Part shown: positions 37,686 through 47,553 of the stretch, piece after piece
Layout of the letters: each line of letters starts with the position of its first letter
How positions within the stretch are numbered: the first letter of the stretch is position 1
Source of the DNA: an uncultured Candidatus Saccharibacteria bacterium
GTDB taxonomy: Bacteria > Patescibacteriota > Minisyncoccia > Minisyncoccales > GWA2-38-27
Assembly (NCBI GenBank): GCA_964609075.1
Contig: CAZSQP010000001.1
Location: 33,593 to 97,592, forward strand
Length of the DNA: 64,000 bases
Reading direction: 5' to 3'
Notes under the pieces: model-generated
Told to the model about the DNA's origin: nothing
What the model saw: the letters and a program-made list of their open reading frames with translations, nothing else
Database searches by the model: none
Made by a program: the position numbers and the translations under genes

Positions 37686-38405
37686 TTATAACTGTTTCTC
37701 TCTATTTTTAAAATAGCTACTTACCCTAAAACCAAGAATATCAGATCTAACAGGACCTTTAAAAACCATATAAAGACCGCAAACAAAATATTTAAAGGCA
37801 GTCTTCAACCACCCCTCTTGCTCAAACCTTCTTTCTGATACATAAATACTAACAGATCTTATTATCCCATACTTAGCTATCTTCTTTCCTCTTCTGGCAA
37901 ACTCGTGGTCTTCTGCCATCTTTATTGTCTCGTCAAACCCTCCTAATTTTTCAAAAACATCCTTTTTCACCAAAATACCCATAGCAGCATGAGGCATTAT
38001 TCTCTCCAAAAGAAAAATAGGCCAATTGTAAAAAAGATTAAAGAGAAAAGAGGTTAATCTCTTTCTCTTTTTAGGCAAAAGAGAAAAAGTAGCAATATCC
38101 AGTTTCCTTTTTTTAAATTCTTTTAAAGCTTTATCAAGAAAATCATCAGGAAGAATAATATCTGCGTCTAAGAATAAAATGATCTCCCCAGAAGATAAAG
38201 AAGCTCCTTTATTCCTACCGGAAGCAGGAAGACCTCCCTCAACAATTTTACAGCCATATTTTCCAGCAATATCAACAGTTCTGTCTTTAGAACCTGCATC
38301 AGATATAATCATCTCATAATCTGAAAAGTCCTGTTTTCTAACAGAATCCAGCAAGAAAGGAAGCTCTTTTTCCTCATTTAAAGTTGGGATTACAATGCTT
38401 ATCAT
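37686..38405 (-). CDS. Glycosyltransferase family 2
   Basis: ISIVIPTLNEE..., DAGSKD and FLDADI (DxD). Confidence 0.75.
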   Translation of the reverse strand: MISIVIPTLNEEKELPFLLDSVRKQDFSDYEMIISDAGSKDRTVDIAGKYGCKIVEGGLPASGRNKGASLSSGEIILFLDADIILPDDFLDKALKEFKKRKLDIATFSLLPKKRKRLTSFLFNLFYNWPIFLLERIMPHAAMGILVKKDVFEKLGGFDETIKMAEDHEFARRGKKIAKYGIIRSVSIYVSERRFEQEGWLKTAFKYFVCGLYMVFKGPVRSDILGFRVSSYFKNREKQL

Positions 38406-38409
38406 ATAC

Positions 38410-39420
38410 CTATATACCTTCCTTCAAAGATCCTGTCAATCCTTTTATTTCCTCCCAAAAACGAGAATCTCCTCTCTTTTCTTTCATCCAATACCACCAT
38501 TCGGAGCCCCAAAGATAAATTTCATCAAAACCAGACTTTTTAGCAAAAGATATGTTCTCAGAGAAGTATCTTGGATTCATACTTTTAAACTGCTCTTCCA
38601 AAGAAGAATCGTATAGGAGAGTAGGTCCCCAAGGCTCTGCTTGCATCTCTACGCAGATAACTTCTTTGCCAAAAAACCATCCTATTAATTTAGCTCTTCT
38701 GGAATAATAAGTCGGAGGTAATATATGAGTGAAATAACTTTTGATCTCTTTAGCCCAGACTCTTCTATAAAGAGTAGTCCCTACAATATCTCCAAGGCTA
38801 GCAGCTTTGAACCAAAAAGAAAATTCTCCCGACTCTGAAATCAAAACGGGTCTGTTTAAATCATCTGACGATTTAACCTTAGAAATTTCTCTTTTTAAAA
38901 ACTCCTCATCTATCTGCCAGGGACAGCGACCAAATTCAAAAAAGGGCTCATTCTCCACCTGCCAAGCCCAGATAGCTTCCTCCTCACTGTACCTAGAAAC
39001 TATTTTTTCTATTAAATTCAAAATTCTTTCTTTCTGTTCTTTTTTATCTAAATCATTTACCCAAAAAGGAATATGACATTCCGGCCACCTTGGAGTTTTC
39101 ATTCCCAGAACCAGCATGACCTCAGCTCCTCTCTTTTCAGCTTCTTTTATCTGCCAGTCAAGATCTTCAAAAGAAAATTCTCCTCTCTCTTTTTCTATTA
39201 AATCCCAATAAGTGGCTACTTTAATTTTTTTTACCTCTAAGTCATCTAAAAGAGCTAGATAGTTTTCTTTCCAGTCAAGACCCATTTGCTGAGAATGTTT
39301 TTGAGAGAAGTTAACCCCCCAGACAATATTCTCCTTTTCTTCGGGAAAACCAACAAAAAAGAACGAAACAAAAGCTAAAATCAAAAAAAGAAATACAATT
39401 AAAATCGCCTTAAATCTCAT
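38410..39420 (-). CDS. Secreted TIM-barrel glycoside hydrolase (clan GH-A-like)
   Basis: Signal/anchor segment and WQVENEP (NEP acid/base motif). Confidence 0.4.
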   Translation of the reverse strand: MRFKAILIVFLFLILAFVSFFFVGFPEEKENIVWGVNFSQKHSQQMGLDWKENYLALLDDLEVKKIKVATYWDLIEKERGEFSFEDLDWQIKEAEKRGAEVMLVLGMKTPRWPECHIPFWVNDLDKKEQKERILNLIEKIVSRYSEEEAIWAWQVENEPFFEFGRCPWQIDEEFLKREISKVKSSDDLNRPVLISESGEFSFWFKAASLGDIVGTTLYRRVWAKEIKSYFTHILPPTYYSRRAKLIGWFFGKEVICVEMQAEPWGPTLLYDSSLEEQFKSMNPRYFSENISFAKKSGFDEIYLWGSEWWYWMKEKRGDSRFWEEIKGLTGSLKEGI

Positions 39421-40432
39421 TTTTCAATTCTATTATCTTTAAAACAGAAGAATCAATTCTTTCTTCTGTAATTTTCCCCTCCTCTACAGCTTTTTTGAAA
39501 ACCTCAACCCCCTCTTTAACAGGAGATCTCCAGCCTGAAAAGAGAAGGATATCAGATCCTGCCAAAAAAGGAGAAACTATAATTTCCTCCAAAGAAAATT
39601 CTTTCAAAAGAGAGTTTTGGGAAAGATCGTCTGTTATTACAACAAAACTATCATCTAAAAGATTAAGATTCTCCTCTGAAAAGGAAAAAGGCACATTATC
39701 ATTGTAAGCAACATTGGAAGTCATTACCATTTCGGGTTCTTCTTTAAAAACCTCTTTAAAACGCAAAACAGAAGGCATATTTTCTACAAAAGCTAAGTCT
39801 TCTTCCGGATTAAAGTCAATACCGGTGTATCCCGGAAAATGTTTGACGCAGGTTAGAATGCCAGCTTCCTTCTGGCCCCTTATTAATCCGGAAGCCTTCT
39901 CAATAGCTTTTTCTTGAAGAGACCTTTCGTAGATAAAATCGGAAGGAAAGGCTTTCTCCACTAAAGGAGCTAAATTCAAATTAACTCCGATCTCTTTTAG
40001 CTGTTTTCCCCTCAAAAGACCTATCTTATATCCGTTTTCAATCTCAGACTGAGGGGTGCTTTCTGCCCAAGAAATGCGGGAGATCAATCCCCCTTCCTGA
40101 TCCACTGCCACGAGAAGAGGAAAACCTGTCTCAGTTAAAGAAACTTTTTGAAGAGATAGAATAAATTCTTTAAGCTGTTCTTTATCCTCAATATTTCTCC
40201 CTAAGAGAAGAATTCCTCCAGGCTTTACTTCCCGAATCAATTCTTCTGTCTCTGTATTTAAAACTTTACCTTCTACTCCTATTAAAAAAAGTTGCCCTAT
40301 TTTCTGATCTAAAGAAAGATTTGACAGAGGATCTACAGAAACTACTTCTTTTTTGAAAACATACCCCGACAAAAGAAAGCCCACTATAAGACAGGAGAAG
40401 AAAAGGATTAAACTGTTTCTTAAAATCTTCAT
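39410..40432 (-). CDS. nagZ: Glycoside hydrolase family 3 beta-N-acetylhexosaminidase (NagZ-like)
   Basis: GQLFLIGVEG, VAVDQEGG and KHFPGYTG. Confidence 0.75.
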   Translation of the reverse strand: MKILRNSLILFFSCLIVGFLLSGYVFKKEVVSVDPLSNLSLDQKIGQLFLIGVEGKVLNTETEELIREVKPGGILLLGRNIEDKEQLKEFILSLQKVSLTETGFPLLVAVDQEGGLISRISWAESTPQSEIENGYKIGLLRGKQLKEIGVNLNLAPLVEKAFPSDFIYERSLQEKAIEKASGLIRGQKEAGILTCVKHFPGYTGIDFNPEEDLAFVENMPSVLRFKEVFKEEPEMVMTSNVAYNDNVPFSFSEENLNLLDDSFVVITDDLSQNSLLKEFSLEEIIVSPFLAGSDILLFSGWRSPVKEGVEVFKKAVEEGKITEERIDSSVLKIIELKNEI

Positions 40433-41334
40433 TTTAAAGCAAGGACAGCCAATCCAAAGATTATTAATAAGATGGCTGAAGCTTTTCTTAGAATACCTCT
40501 CTTAGAAATTTCTTCTTTAAGCAATTGAGGAAACTTTTTGGAAAGCAACAAGGAAAACAAGAATAAGAAAAGATATTGAACCCCCATAAGGGCATTAATA
40601 ACAGGCAGGAAAACCATTCCAGCTAAGTCTACCGCCCAGTTTTGGAGAATAAAAGCTAAAGCCCCTATAGCTTGTATAAAAAGAAAAAGGGAAACCGTCT
40701 TTTTTGTAAAGGTAAGCTGACCTTTTAAGACCTCCTTATTCACTTCTTTTGAAAAAATAAAGAAAAGAGCTCCAATGAAAGTACCTATTCTCATCCAGAT
40801 AAAGCCCGTCCAGAAACCCAAAAGAATATAAACATATTTTGCCAAAACAAAATAAAGAGCAGAAAAAAGAGCTATAACCACAGAAATCTTAAGGGCACCA
40901 AGAGAGAGTTTCTCTTTCGGCTCTCTGGTAATAAGAAAACTGCCTCCGATCAAAACCAAAAAAGCCAGAAAGTCCCATCCTCTCAAAACAACAAGCTGAA
41001 AAGATAAGAGAGAGCTTAATACTAAAGTAAAAATCGGCAAAAGACCCCCAAAAGCAGGAACTACTGTGGAAGCTTCATATTTTTCCAGACCTGTGAAAGC
41101 AGAAAAAATCATAAAAAGAAAAGAAACTCCCGCTAAAAGACAAAGAAGCATCTCTCTAAAAGGAATAAGATTGAAATCCACAAAGGGAATCAAAAAAAGA
41201 ACTAATATACTTAATATTCCAACATAAAAAGAATAATTTTTAGGATTGGGAGCCCCTATTAAAATATACCTGTCTCCCAAAGAAGTAAGGGAAAAAAGAA
41301 AGTAGGATAGGATTATAATTAAGAGCCAAAGCAT
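40429..41334 (-). CDS. DMT/EamA-like permease
   Basis: About 10 TM segments in two halves. Confidence 0.45.
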   Translation of the reverse strand: MLWLLIIILSYFLFSLTSLGDRYILIGAPNPKNYSFYVGILSILVLFLIPFVDFNLIPFREMLLCLLAGVSFLFMIFSAFTGLEKYEASTVVPAFGGLLPIFTLVLSSLLSFQLVVLRGWDFLAFLVLIGGSFLITREPKEKLSLGALKISVVIALFSALYFVLAKYVYILLGFWTGFIWMRIGTFIGALFFIFSKEVNKEVLKGQLTFTKKTVSLFLFIQAIGALAFILQNWAVDLAGMVFLPVINALMGVQYLFLFLFSLLLSKKFPQLLKEEISKRGILRKASAILLIIFGLAVLALK

Positions 41335-42572
41335 ATCTTTTCTATATTATAAGTTCCTTTAGTTTCAACTGAAATAAATCCTCTCATAGCAGCCTCTGCA
41401 AACCTTCCACTTTTCAAATAATCCATAAACCACTGGTTAGCGTATTTCGGATTCTCTTGTAAAATACCAGATCCTAAACTCAGAAGCCATCTTCTGTTAA
41501 ATTCTTCCTGAGAACCAATGGGAGGAGCTAAGATTATAGGCAGGCCTAAGGCTGTGTAAAAAGAAAGTTCTGAGGGCTTAGTCCAGAGAATGTCTGCTTC
41601 TCTCAACTTTTTATTAAACTTATCAAAATAATTCCCTATATCTTTATCGAAAAGAACTTCTACCGAACCATCAAGCTTCTCTGAATCAAGTTTTTCTAAA
41701 AAGTAATCTCTTACTTCCTCTCTTATACCAGCAGAAAGAATAATTTTTATCTTCCTTTTAATAATCTCCTCTGAAAGACTCTTTACAAATTTAAAAGCCA
41801 TTTCTTTTTGAGCTCCTGCTCCGCCAATAGAAAACAAGACCGTAATAGGGTCCGAAGATTCAGAAAGCTCCCCTAAATACTTATCGACTAAAGGCTTATA
41901 CCTTTTTCTGTAGCATCCTGTAGGATCCAAATTTACAATTCTTCTGCCAAGGTCTTCCTTTACCTTGTCGATATTCTCTTTAGGAAGGGGATATCCTGTT
42001 AGAAATATGTTTTTCTCTTTAACTCCGTAGAGCTTCAATCTGTTAACTACCCAGTTATTAGGAGCAAAATATTTTATCCTGCTTTCTTTAGGGTTTAAGG
42101 ACACCCAGCTTCTGGAAATATCAGCATCACAGACAATACAATAAATATCTTTTGAATAACTAAACTCCTCTGCCATAAAAGCTGGCACAAAAAAGGAGGT
42201 TACAAGAGGAAGAGGATTCTTCTCCAATTCTCCAACAAAATTCTTACCCCACCCTTTTTTAATAATGGAAAATACCTTTTTAACGCTTAAGGTAGGACGA
42301 GAAAGATCTCTTCTGGGATAAAACTCTGGTATCTTTTGAAACTTGTCATAAAGAGAAAATATAAAATTTCCTATCAAAGGAAGTCCTTTTAATCTGGAAA
42401 CAAATTCGTAAAATCTTCGGGTGCTCTCCCAGACATCTTTATCATCTTCTGGAATACCAGAATAATCGTTAGCATTAACAACTCCTCCTTTAAAAGCTAT
42501 TTCTTTTAAAGGATGAGCTGTCCTCTGATGGCCATAACCCATATTAACACCGACAATCCATGCTTTTTTCAT
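41319..42572 (-). CDS. Hypothetical protein, possible GT-B glycosyltransferase (MGDG-synthase/MurG-like N-terminus)
   Basis: N-terminal GVNMGYGHQRTAHPL resembles G-x-GH loops of GT28-type enzymes. This is weak evidence. Confidence 0.3.
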   Translation of the reverse strand: MKKAWIVGVNMGYGHQRTAHPLKEIAFKGGVVNANDYSGIPEDDKDVWESTRRFYEFVSRLKGLPLIGNFIFSLYDKFQKIPEFYPRRDLSRPTLSVKKVFSIIKKGWGKNFVGELEKNPLPLVTSFFVPAFMAEEFSYSKDIYCIVCDADISRSWVSLNPKESRIKYFAPNNWVVNRLKLYGVKEKNIFLTGYPLPKENIDKVKEDLGRRIVNLDPTGCYRKRYKPLVDKYLGELSESSDPITVLFSIGGAGAQKEMAFKFVKSLSEEIIKRKIKIILSAGIREEVRDYFLEKLDSEKLDGSVEVLFDKDIGNYFDKFNKKLREADILWTKPSELSFYTALGLPIILAPPIGSQEEFNRRWLLSLGSGILQENPKYANQWFMDYLKSGRFAEAAMRGFISVETKGTYNIEKICFGS

Positions 42573-42594
42573 ATTTTTTAATTATATCTTAAAT

Positions 42595-44004
42595 TTAATA
42601 CTTCAGAAAGCCTAATCTCTCTTTATGCCTTAGAATAAAAGCCAGAAAGAAGAGAAAGGCATAAAATGCAAGAAGCCATATCCAATGGAGTTCAATCTCT
42701 GTTTTAGAAAACCAAGAAACAGAAAAAAGATTGATTATAGTAGAAATATAAAGAAGAATAATAAAACAGGGAAAAGAAAATATAAAGCCCAAAAAAGGAG
42801 AAAGAAGACCTGAAAATAGAAAAACAAAACCAAATATGATAACCCAATATATAAAAGGAAGAATCAAAAGGTTAGCTAAGGGAGTAGCTAAAGAAAAACT
42901 TCCGAATTGGTAAATAAGGAGAGGAAGTGTAAAGACCTGAGCTGAAAAGGTCATAGCCAATATTTCTCTCAGATTAAACCAGTTAGGAATAAAAGAAAAC
43001 ATCCTCTTAAAAAAAGAGCTAAAATAAATAATACCTAAAACAGCAAGAAAAGAAAGCTGAAAACCTGCATCGTATAAAAGCAAAAAAGGATTGAAAAGAA
43101 GCATTATAGCTGCCACAAAAAATAGGATTCTAGAACTTATCCCTCTCCTTCCCATTTTCTCTCCTAAAAGAAAAATCCCCGCCATAATACCAGCTCTGAC
43201 AGCTGAAGGATGAAAACCAATAAACAGAACAAAAAGAAAAACAGCCGCTAAAGAAAAGTAAAAAGCCTGGCCCCTCCACAAGCCAAGGCCTAAAAGGAAA
43301 GACATAATTATACTAGATAAGATAACAACATGCATGCCAGAAACAGCTGTAATATGGCGAACTCCCGCCCTATTTAGTTTCTCTTTTAAATAAGAAGGCA
43401 TTCTTGACTTATCTCCTAGAATCATAGCTCCTAAAATAAAGTTCTTTGGAGGAGAAAGATTGTCATATAAAACGTTTCTCATTTTATCTTTAAGCCAGAG
43501 AATTTTGCTGTAGACTAAGCCGGAAGACTCTTCTAAAACTTCTACTTTGGGATAATAAATTACAGAAGAAATTCCATCTTTTTTTAGATAACTCTTGTAA
43601 TCAAAATCCTCAAAAACGGGAGGAGAAAGAAGCTTTCCTTCTATTCTTACTTTTTCAGAAAAGCTGTAGTCTGAAAATTTAGAAACTGTAGCTAAAATTT
43701 TTCCTTTTTCAGTCTCTACTACAAGTTTTGTATTATCTTCCCTTACATCCGGTTCTCTTACTATCTCTCCTTTTAAAATAACATCCTGATTGTAATATTC
43801 TTGAATCTCCTGGTAAAAACCAAGGGAACCCCTCCACAGACCAAAAGATAAAGATATTAGAATAAGACCCAAAAAAGGCCTTTTAAAAATTAAAAAAAGC
43901 CCCAAAATAAGGGGGAGAAGAAAAGGAATTTCAAATTTTAAAGAGAAGAATATTCCTACAATGAAAGAAATCGAAAGATAAAAGAGAGTTTTGGATTTAG
44001 TCAC
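42595..44004 (-). CDS. comEC: ComEC/Rec2-family competence channel protein (no metallo-beta-lactamase domain)
   Basis: DUF4131-like N-terminal OB segment plus the Competence domain (AGVRHITAVSGMHV). Confidence 0.7.
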   Translation of the reverse strand: MTKSKTLFYLSISFIVGIFFSLKFEIPFLLPLILGLFLIFKRPFLGLILISLSFGLWRGSLGFYQEIQEYYNQDVILKGEIVREPDVREDNTKLVVETEKGKILATVSKFSDYSFSEKVRIEGKLLSPPVFEDFDYKSYLKKDGISSVIYYPKVEVLEESSGLVYSKILWLKDKMRNVLYDNLSPPKNFILGAMILGDKSRMPSYLKEKLNRAGVRHITAVSGMHVVILSSIIMSFLLGLGLWRGQAFYFSLAAVFLFVLFIGFHPSAVRAGIMAGIFLLGEKMGRRGISSRILFFVAAIMLLFNPFLLLYDAGFQLSFLAVLGIIYFSSFFKRMFSFIPNWFNLREILAMTFSAQVFTLPLLIYQFGSFSLATPLANLLILPFIYWVIIFGFVFLFSGLLSPFLGFIFSFPCFIILLYISTIINLFSVSWFSKTEIELHWIWLLAFYAFLFFLAFILRHKERLGFLKY

Positions 44005-44007
44005 AAA

Positions 44008-44937
44008 TCAAAAACCTGTAGCTATAATAGTCACTTTTATCTCTCCTTTTTTCAGTTTTTCATCCTGAATAGCTCCGAAAATAACTCTGGCTTCAGGAGA
44101 AATTTCTTGGGTAATAGCTTTTGCTATTTCATCTACCTCAGACAAACTGATATCCTTACCTCCTGAAACATTAAAGAGAACACCTTTAGCTCCTTTACAA
44201 GAAAGATCAAGTAATGGAGAACTAATAGCTCTTTTTGCAGCTTCGATAGCACGCTCTGGCCCCTTGGCTTTACCTATCCCAAATAAAGCTGTTCCTGAAT
44301 TTTCCATTATGGTTTTAACATCGGCAAAATCAATATTAATTATACCCGGAAGAACTATCAAATCGGATATTCCCTGAACAGCCTGCCTCAAGATTTCATC
44401 ACAAAGCCAAAAAGCGTCTGAAACAGAGGTTTTAGGCTCTAGAATAGAAAGAAGCCTATCATTTGATATTTTAATTAAGGTGTCAACTTTCCTTTTCATA
44501 TTCTTTAAACTCTCCTCCGCTATTTCTTTTCTATGAATCCCCTCAAAAGAAAAGGGGGTGGTTACTACAGCAACTGTCAAAGCTCCTAGTTTTTTGGCAA
44601 CATCAGCTACCACAGGGCCTGCTCCAGAACCTGTACCCCCTCCCAATCCGCAGGTAATAAAAACCATATCAGCTCCTTCCAAAACCTTCCTTATCTCCTC
44701 TCTCTGTTCTTCTGCTGCCTTTCTTCCTATCTCAGGATTCATTCCTGTGCCAAGCCCTTTGGTAAGTTTATTCCCGATTCTCACCTTATACTGAGCCCTA
44801 CATCTTTGAAGGTCCTGTCTGTCGGCGTTGACTGCAACCAAATCCACTCCCTTGATCTTACACTTTGCCATCCTGGATATAGCATTGCCTCCAGAACCTC
44901 CGACTCCCACTACTTTAATTTTAGTATTAAGCTTCAT
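44008..44937 (-). CDS. ftsZ: Cell division GTPase FtsZ (short form)
   Basis: [10 protein letters not shown] and [11 protein letters not shown] tubulin signature. Confidence 0.9.
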   Translation of the reverse strand: MKLNTKIKVVGVGGSGGNAISRMAKCKIKGVDLVAVNADRQDLQRCRAQYKVRIGNKLTKGLGTGMNPEIGRKAAEEQREEIRKVLEGADMVFITCGLGGGTGSGAGPVVADVAKKLGALTVAVVTTPFSFEGIHRKEIAEESLKNMKRKVDTLIKISNDRLLSILEPKTSVSDAFWLCDEILRQAVQGISDLIVLPGIINIDFADVKTIMENSGTALFGIGKAKGPERAIEAAKRAISSPLLDLSCKGAKGVLFNVSGGKDISLSEVDEIAKAITQEISPEARVIFGAIQDEKLKKGEIKVTIIATGF

Positions 44938-46136
44938 GGTAAAAATATTCTAAAAATCCTCTTAAAACCTTTCTTAAAACCAGATAAAAAACTCGAAGAA
45001 GGCCCTTCTTCTTCTGTTAACTCAACTCCCTCTAAAACCAAGCCCCATAAAGTGGTAAGAGTCGGATCACTCTCAAAAGTCTTCTGGTTTACTTCCCCTA
45101 TTCTACAAGGAAGTTTAAGTTCTTTTTTGACCGTATTCTTCATTCCAGAAAATTCAGATCCTCCTCCAGTTAGAACTACGCCGGCAGGAAGTTTCCCCTG
45201 TCTGGAAATTTTCTTTAATTCTTTGTTAACTAAGCCAAAAATCTCAGATACTCTCGCTTGGACAATGTCTGAAAGTTGCTTTTCGCTAAACTCTAAAGGC
45301 TCTTCCTCTCCTAATTTTATCTTCTTTTTCTTTTTAGATCCTTTGCAGTCCGCAAACTCCAACTTTACTTTCTCTGCTGTATCAATATCTGTTTTAAGGC
45401 AAATGGCAATATCATTGGTGATGTGTCCTGAACCCACCGGAAAAACTTTTGTATGGATTAAATTCCCTTCTTCAAAAACAGCCATTCCTGTAGTTCCAGC
45501 TCCAATATCCAGAAGGCAAACACCAAGCTCTTTTTCTCTTTCTGTCAGTACGGCTTTAGCTGTAGCTAAAGGGGTAGCAATAAGGTGTTCTATTCCTAAT
45601 CCTGAATTTAGAATAGCTTGAGTAGAATTTCTTAAATAAGGAGAAAAAACGCATAATGCCGAAACATTGGCTTCGAGTTTAACTCCTTTCATACCGATAG
45701 CTGTTTTAACAGGTTTTTTGCCATCTACAACAAACTCTCTTGGAAAAACTTGAAAAACTTCGTGGTTGGGAGGCGGAGAAAAGGTTTGAGCTTCCTGGAT
45801 AACTCTATCTATATCCCCTTCTGATATTTCGTCATCAGCTCTAGAAACAGAAACAGACCCCTTAGAGTCTGTAGAAAAAATATGGCCCCCCCCTATACTG
45901 GCCAGAACATTCTTTATTTTTACTCCGCTTTCTTTCTCTGTTTTCTCAACTAAAGAAGAAATAGCCTCTGAAACTTTTTTAGCATCGACTACCACTCCTC
46001 TTCTTATGCCCAGAGAAGAGATTTGGTTCCTACTTAGAACCTTAAATTTATCTTCTCCCGGCTTTTTAGAGACGACTGCTATTTTTATAGAGCCGGTTCC
46101 AATATCTAAAGCTGTTATAGTATAAGGTCTTGCCAT
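44934..46136 (-). CDS. ftsA: Cell division protein FtsA
   Basis: Actin-like ATPase motifs (LDIGTGSIK, DIGAGTT, LTGGGS). Lies upstream of ftsZ. Confidence 0.85.
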   Translation of the reverse strand: MARPYTITALDIGTGSIKIAVVSKKPGEDKFKVLSRNQISSLGIRRGVVVDAKKVSEAISSLVEKTEKESGVKIKNVLASIGGGHIFSTDSKGSVSVSRADDEISEGDIDRVIQEAQTFSPPPNHEVFQVFPREFVVDGKKPVKTAIGMKGVKLEANVSALCVFSPYLRNSTQAILNSGLGIEHLIATPLATAKAVLTEREKELGVCLLDIGAGTTGMAVFEEGNLIHTKVFPVGSGHITNDIAICLKTDIDTAEKVKLEFADCKGSKKKKKIKLGEEEPLEFSEKQLSDIVQARVSEIFGLVNKELKKISRQGKLPAGVVLTGGGSEFSGMKNTVKKELKLPCRIGEVNQKTFESDPTLTTLWGLVLEGVELTEEEGPSSSFLSGFKKGFKRIFRIFLP

Positions 46137-46519
46137 TAAAGATATTTTTTATTTTTTTTCTCCATAATTTCAGCTTCTTCTTTTTCCTGATGATTGTATC
46201 CTAAAAGATGAAGCAATCCGTGGACTAAAACCCTTTTTAAATCTTTTGCGACCTCAGGACAAATAACTATCTCTCCAAGTTTTTCATTAGAAGGGTCTAC
46301 AAAGTCTCCCCTGGTTTCTTTTTCTAAAAAAGAAAGAACATCTGTTTCTTTATCTTCATCTCTGTATTTACTATTTAACTCTTTTATCTTTTTCCTGTCT
46401 ACAAGAATAATATCGACATTCCCTCTTTTTGTATTTTCCTCTTTTAAAACTTTTTTTGCAAGCTTCTTTAAAGAAACTTTATCAAAAGAACGCTCAGTGA
46501 GATTATAAAGGTTTACCAT
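46136..46519 (-). CDS. ybeY: rRNA maturation endoribonuclease YbeY
   Basis: HGLLHLLGYNH zinc motif. Confidence 0.85.
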   Translation of the reverse strand: MVNLYNLTERSFDKVSLKKLAKKVLKEENTKRGNVDIILVDRKKIKELNSKYRDEDKETDVLSFLEKETRGDFVDPSNEKLGEIVICPEVAKDLKRVLVHGLLHLLGYNHQEKEEAEIMEKKNKKYL

Positions 46520-47017
46520 TTAAGAAAGAATTTCTTTAACCTTTCTGCTCACTTTCTCACCCTCAGCTTTTCCTTTTAGTTTTGGCATAATTTCTGCCAT
46601 AACTTTCCCCATGTCTTTCATAGTCTCAGCTCCTGTTTTTTGGACAGCTTCTTTTACTATCTTTTCCAAATCTTCTTCTGAAATTTGCTCTGGAAGATAT
46701 TTCTCTAAAATAGAAAGTTCTTTTTCTTCTTTTTCTACTAGATCATCCCTTTTTCCTTTCTTGTATCCTTCAATAGATTCTTTTCTTTTTTTAACCTCAG
46801 AAGAAATTACCTCTGTTATCTCCTCATCAGTTAAAGAGGACTCTTTCAATAATTTATTCTCTGGAAGATCTTCCTTAGAAAGAGTATACCTTTTTTCTTT
46901 TTCTTTTGATTGTACAGAAGCCAAAACACTCCTCAGAGTAAGACGCTCAGTTTCTTTGTTCTCTTTTAAGGCCTCTTTGAGGTCTTCTTGTATTTTTTCT
47001 TTTAAGTTCCTCATCAA
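46520..47017 (-). CDS. GatB/YqeY-domain protein
   Basis: Size and the LKEALKENKETERLTLRSVLASV N-terminus are typical of YqeY. Confidence 0.65.
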   Translation of the reverse strand: MMRNLKEKIQEDLKEALKENKETERLTLRSVLASVQSKEKEKRYTLSKEDLPENKLLKESSLTDEEITEVISSEVKKRKESIEGYKKGKRDDLVEKEEKELSILEKYLPEQISEEDLEKIVKEAVQKTGAETMKDMGKVMAEIMPKLKGKAEGEKVSRKVKEILS

Positions 47018-47229
47018 ATCTTTCCCAGTTTTTTCATCTTTTGATATTTCTTTCTCAGCTCCTCTCTTCTCAAAGCTGACTTCTTCTTCATTTGATCGCT
47101 CTTTTCCCTTGTCTTGTATCGGGATTTTCTAGCTTTGAACAAAAGACCGCTTCTTTTAATGTTCTTAGAAAAGCGTCTGATTAAAGACTGTGATGATTCT
47201 CTTTCTTTTTTTCTTGTTTCTAAAGGCAT
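47014..47229 (-). CDS. rpsU: 30S ribosomal protein bS21
   Basis: LIRRFSKNIKRSGLLFKARKSRYKTREKS parallels E. coli S21 [27 protein letters not shown]. Confidence 0.75.
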   Translation of the reverse strand: MPLETRKKERESSQSLIRRFSKNIKRSGLLFKARKSRYKTREKSDQMKKKSALRREELRKKYQKMKKLGKI

Positions 47230-47553
47230 TTATTCTTCAAAATTACCGCTTAATAAATGGATGTGTAAATGGTCGACCAGTTGACCTGCTTTCCTGCCTA
47301 CGTTAACTGCCAGTTTATAGCCTTCTAAACCTTTTTCTTCAGCTATCTTGCGAGCTACCAGAAAAAGACTCCCCAAAAGCTCTTTGTCTTCTTCTTTTAC
47401 TTCTTTTACAGAAGAGATATGTTTTTTGGGAACAATAAGGATATGAACCGGCGCTTTAGGATTTATATCCTTAAAGGCTATAATTTCTTTATCTTTATAG
47501 ACAATATCAGCCGGTTTTTCTTTTTTTACAATATCGCAGAAGAGACAATTCAT
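47230..47553 (-). CDS. HIT-family (HinT-like) nucleotide hydrolase
   Basis: Histidine triad HLHIHLL. Confidence 0.85.
   Translation of the reverse strand: MNCLFCDIVKKEKPADIVYKDKEIIAFKDINPKAPVHILIVPKKHISSVKEVKEEDKELLGSLFLVARKIAEEKGLEGYKLAVNVGRKAGQLVDHLHIHLLSGNFEE

Noticed and set aside
44806-45621. 271-aa plus-strand ORF
   Set aside because: It is antisense to ftsA and the ftsZ 5' end. It is a low-complexity S/P-rich translation typical of the reverse frame of an AT-rich gene.
46611-47132. 173-aa plus-strand ORF
   Set aside because: It is antisense to the YqeY-domain and rpsU genes, and the Ser/Phe-rich translation is a reverse-frame artefact.
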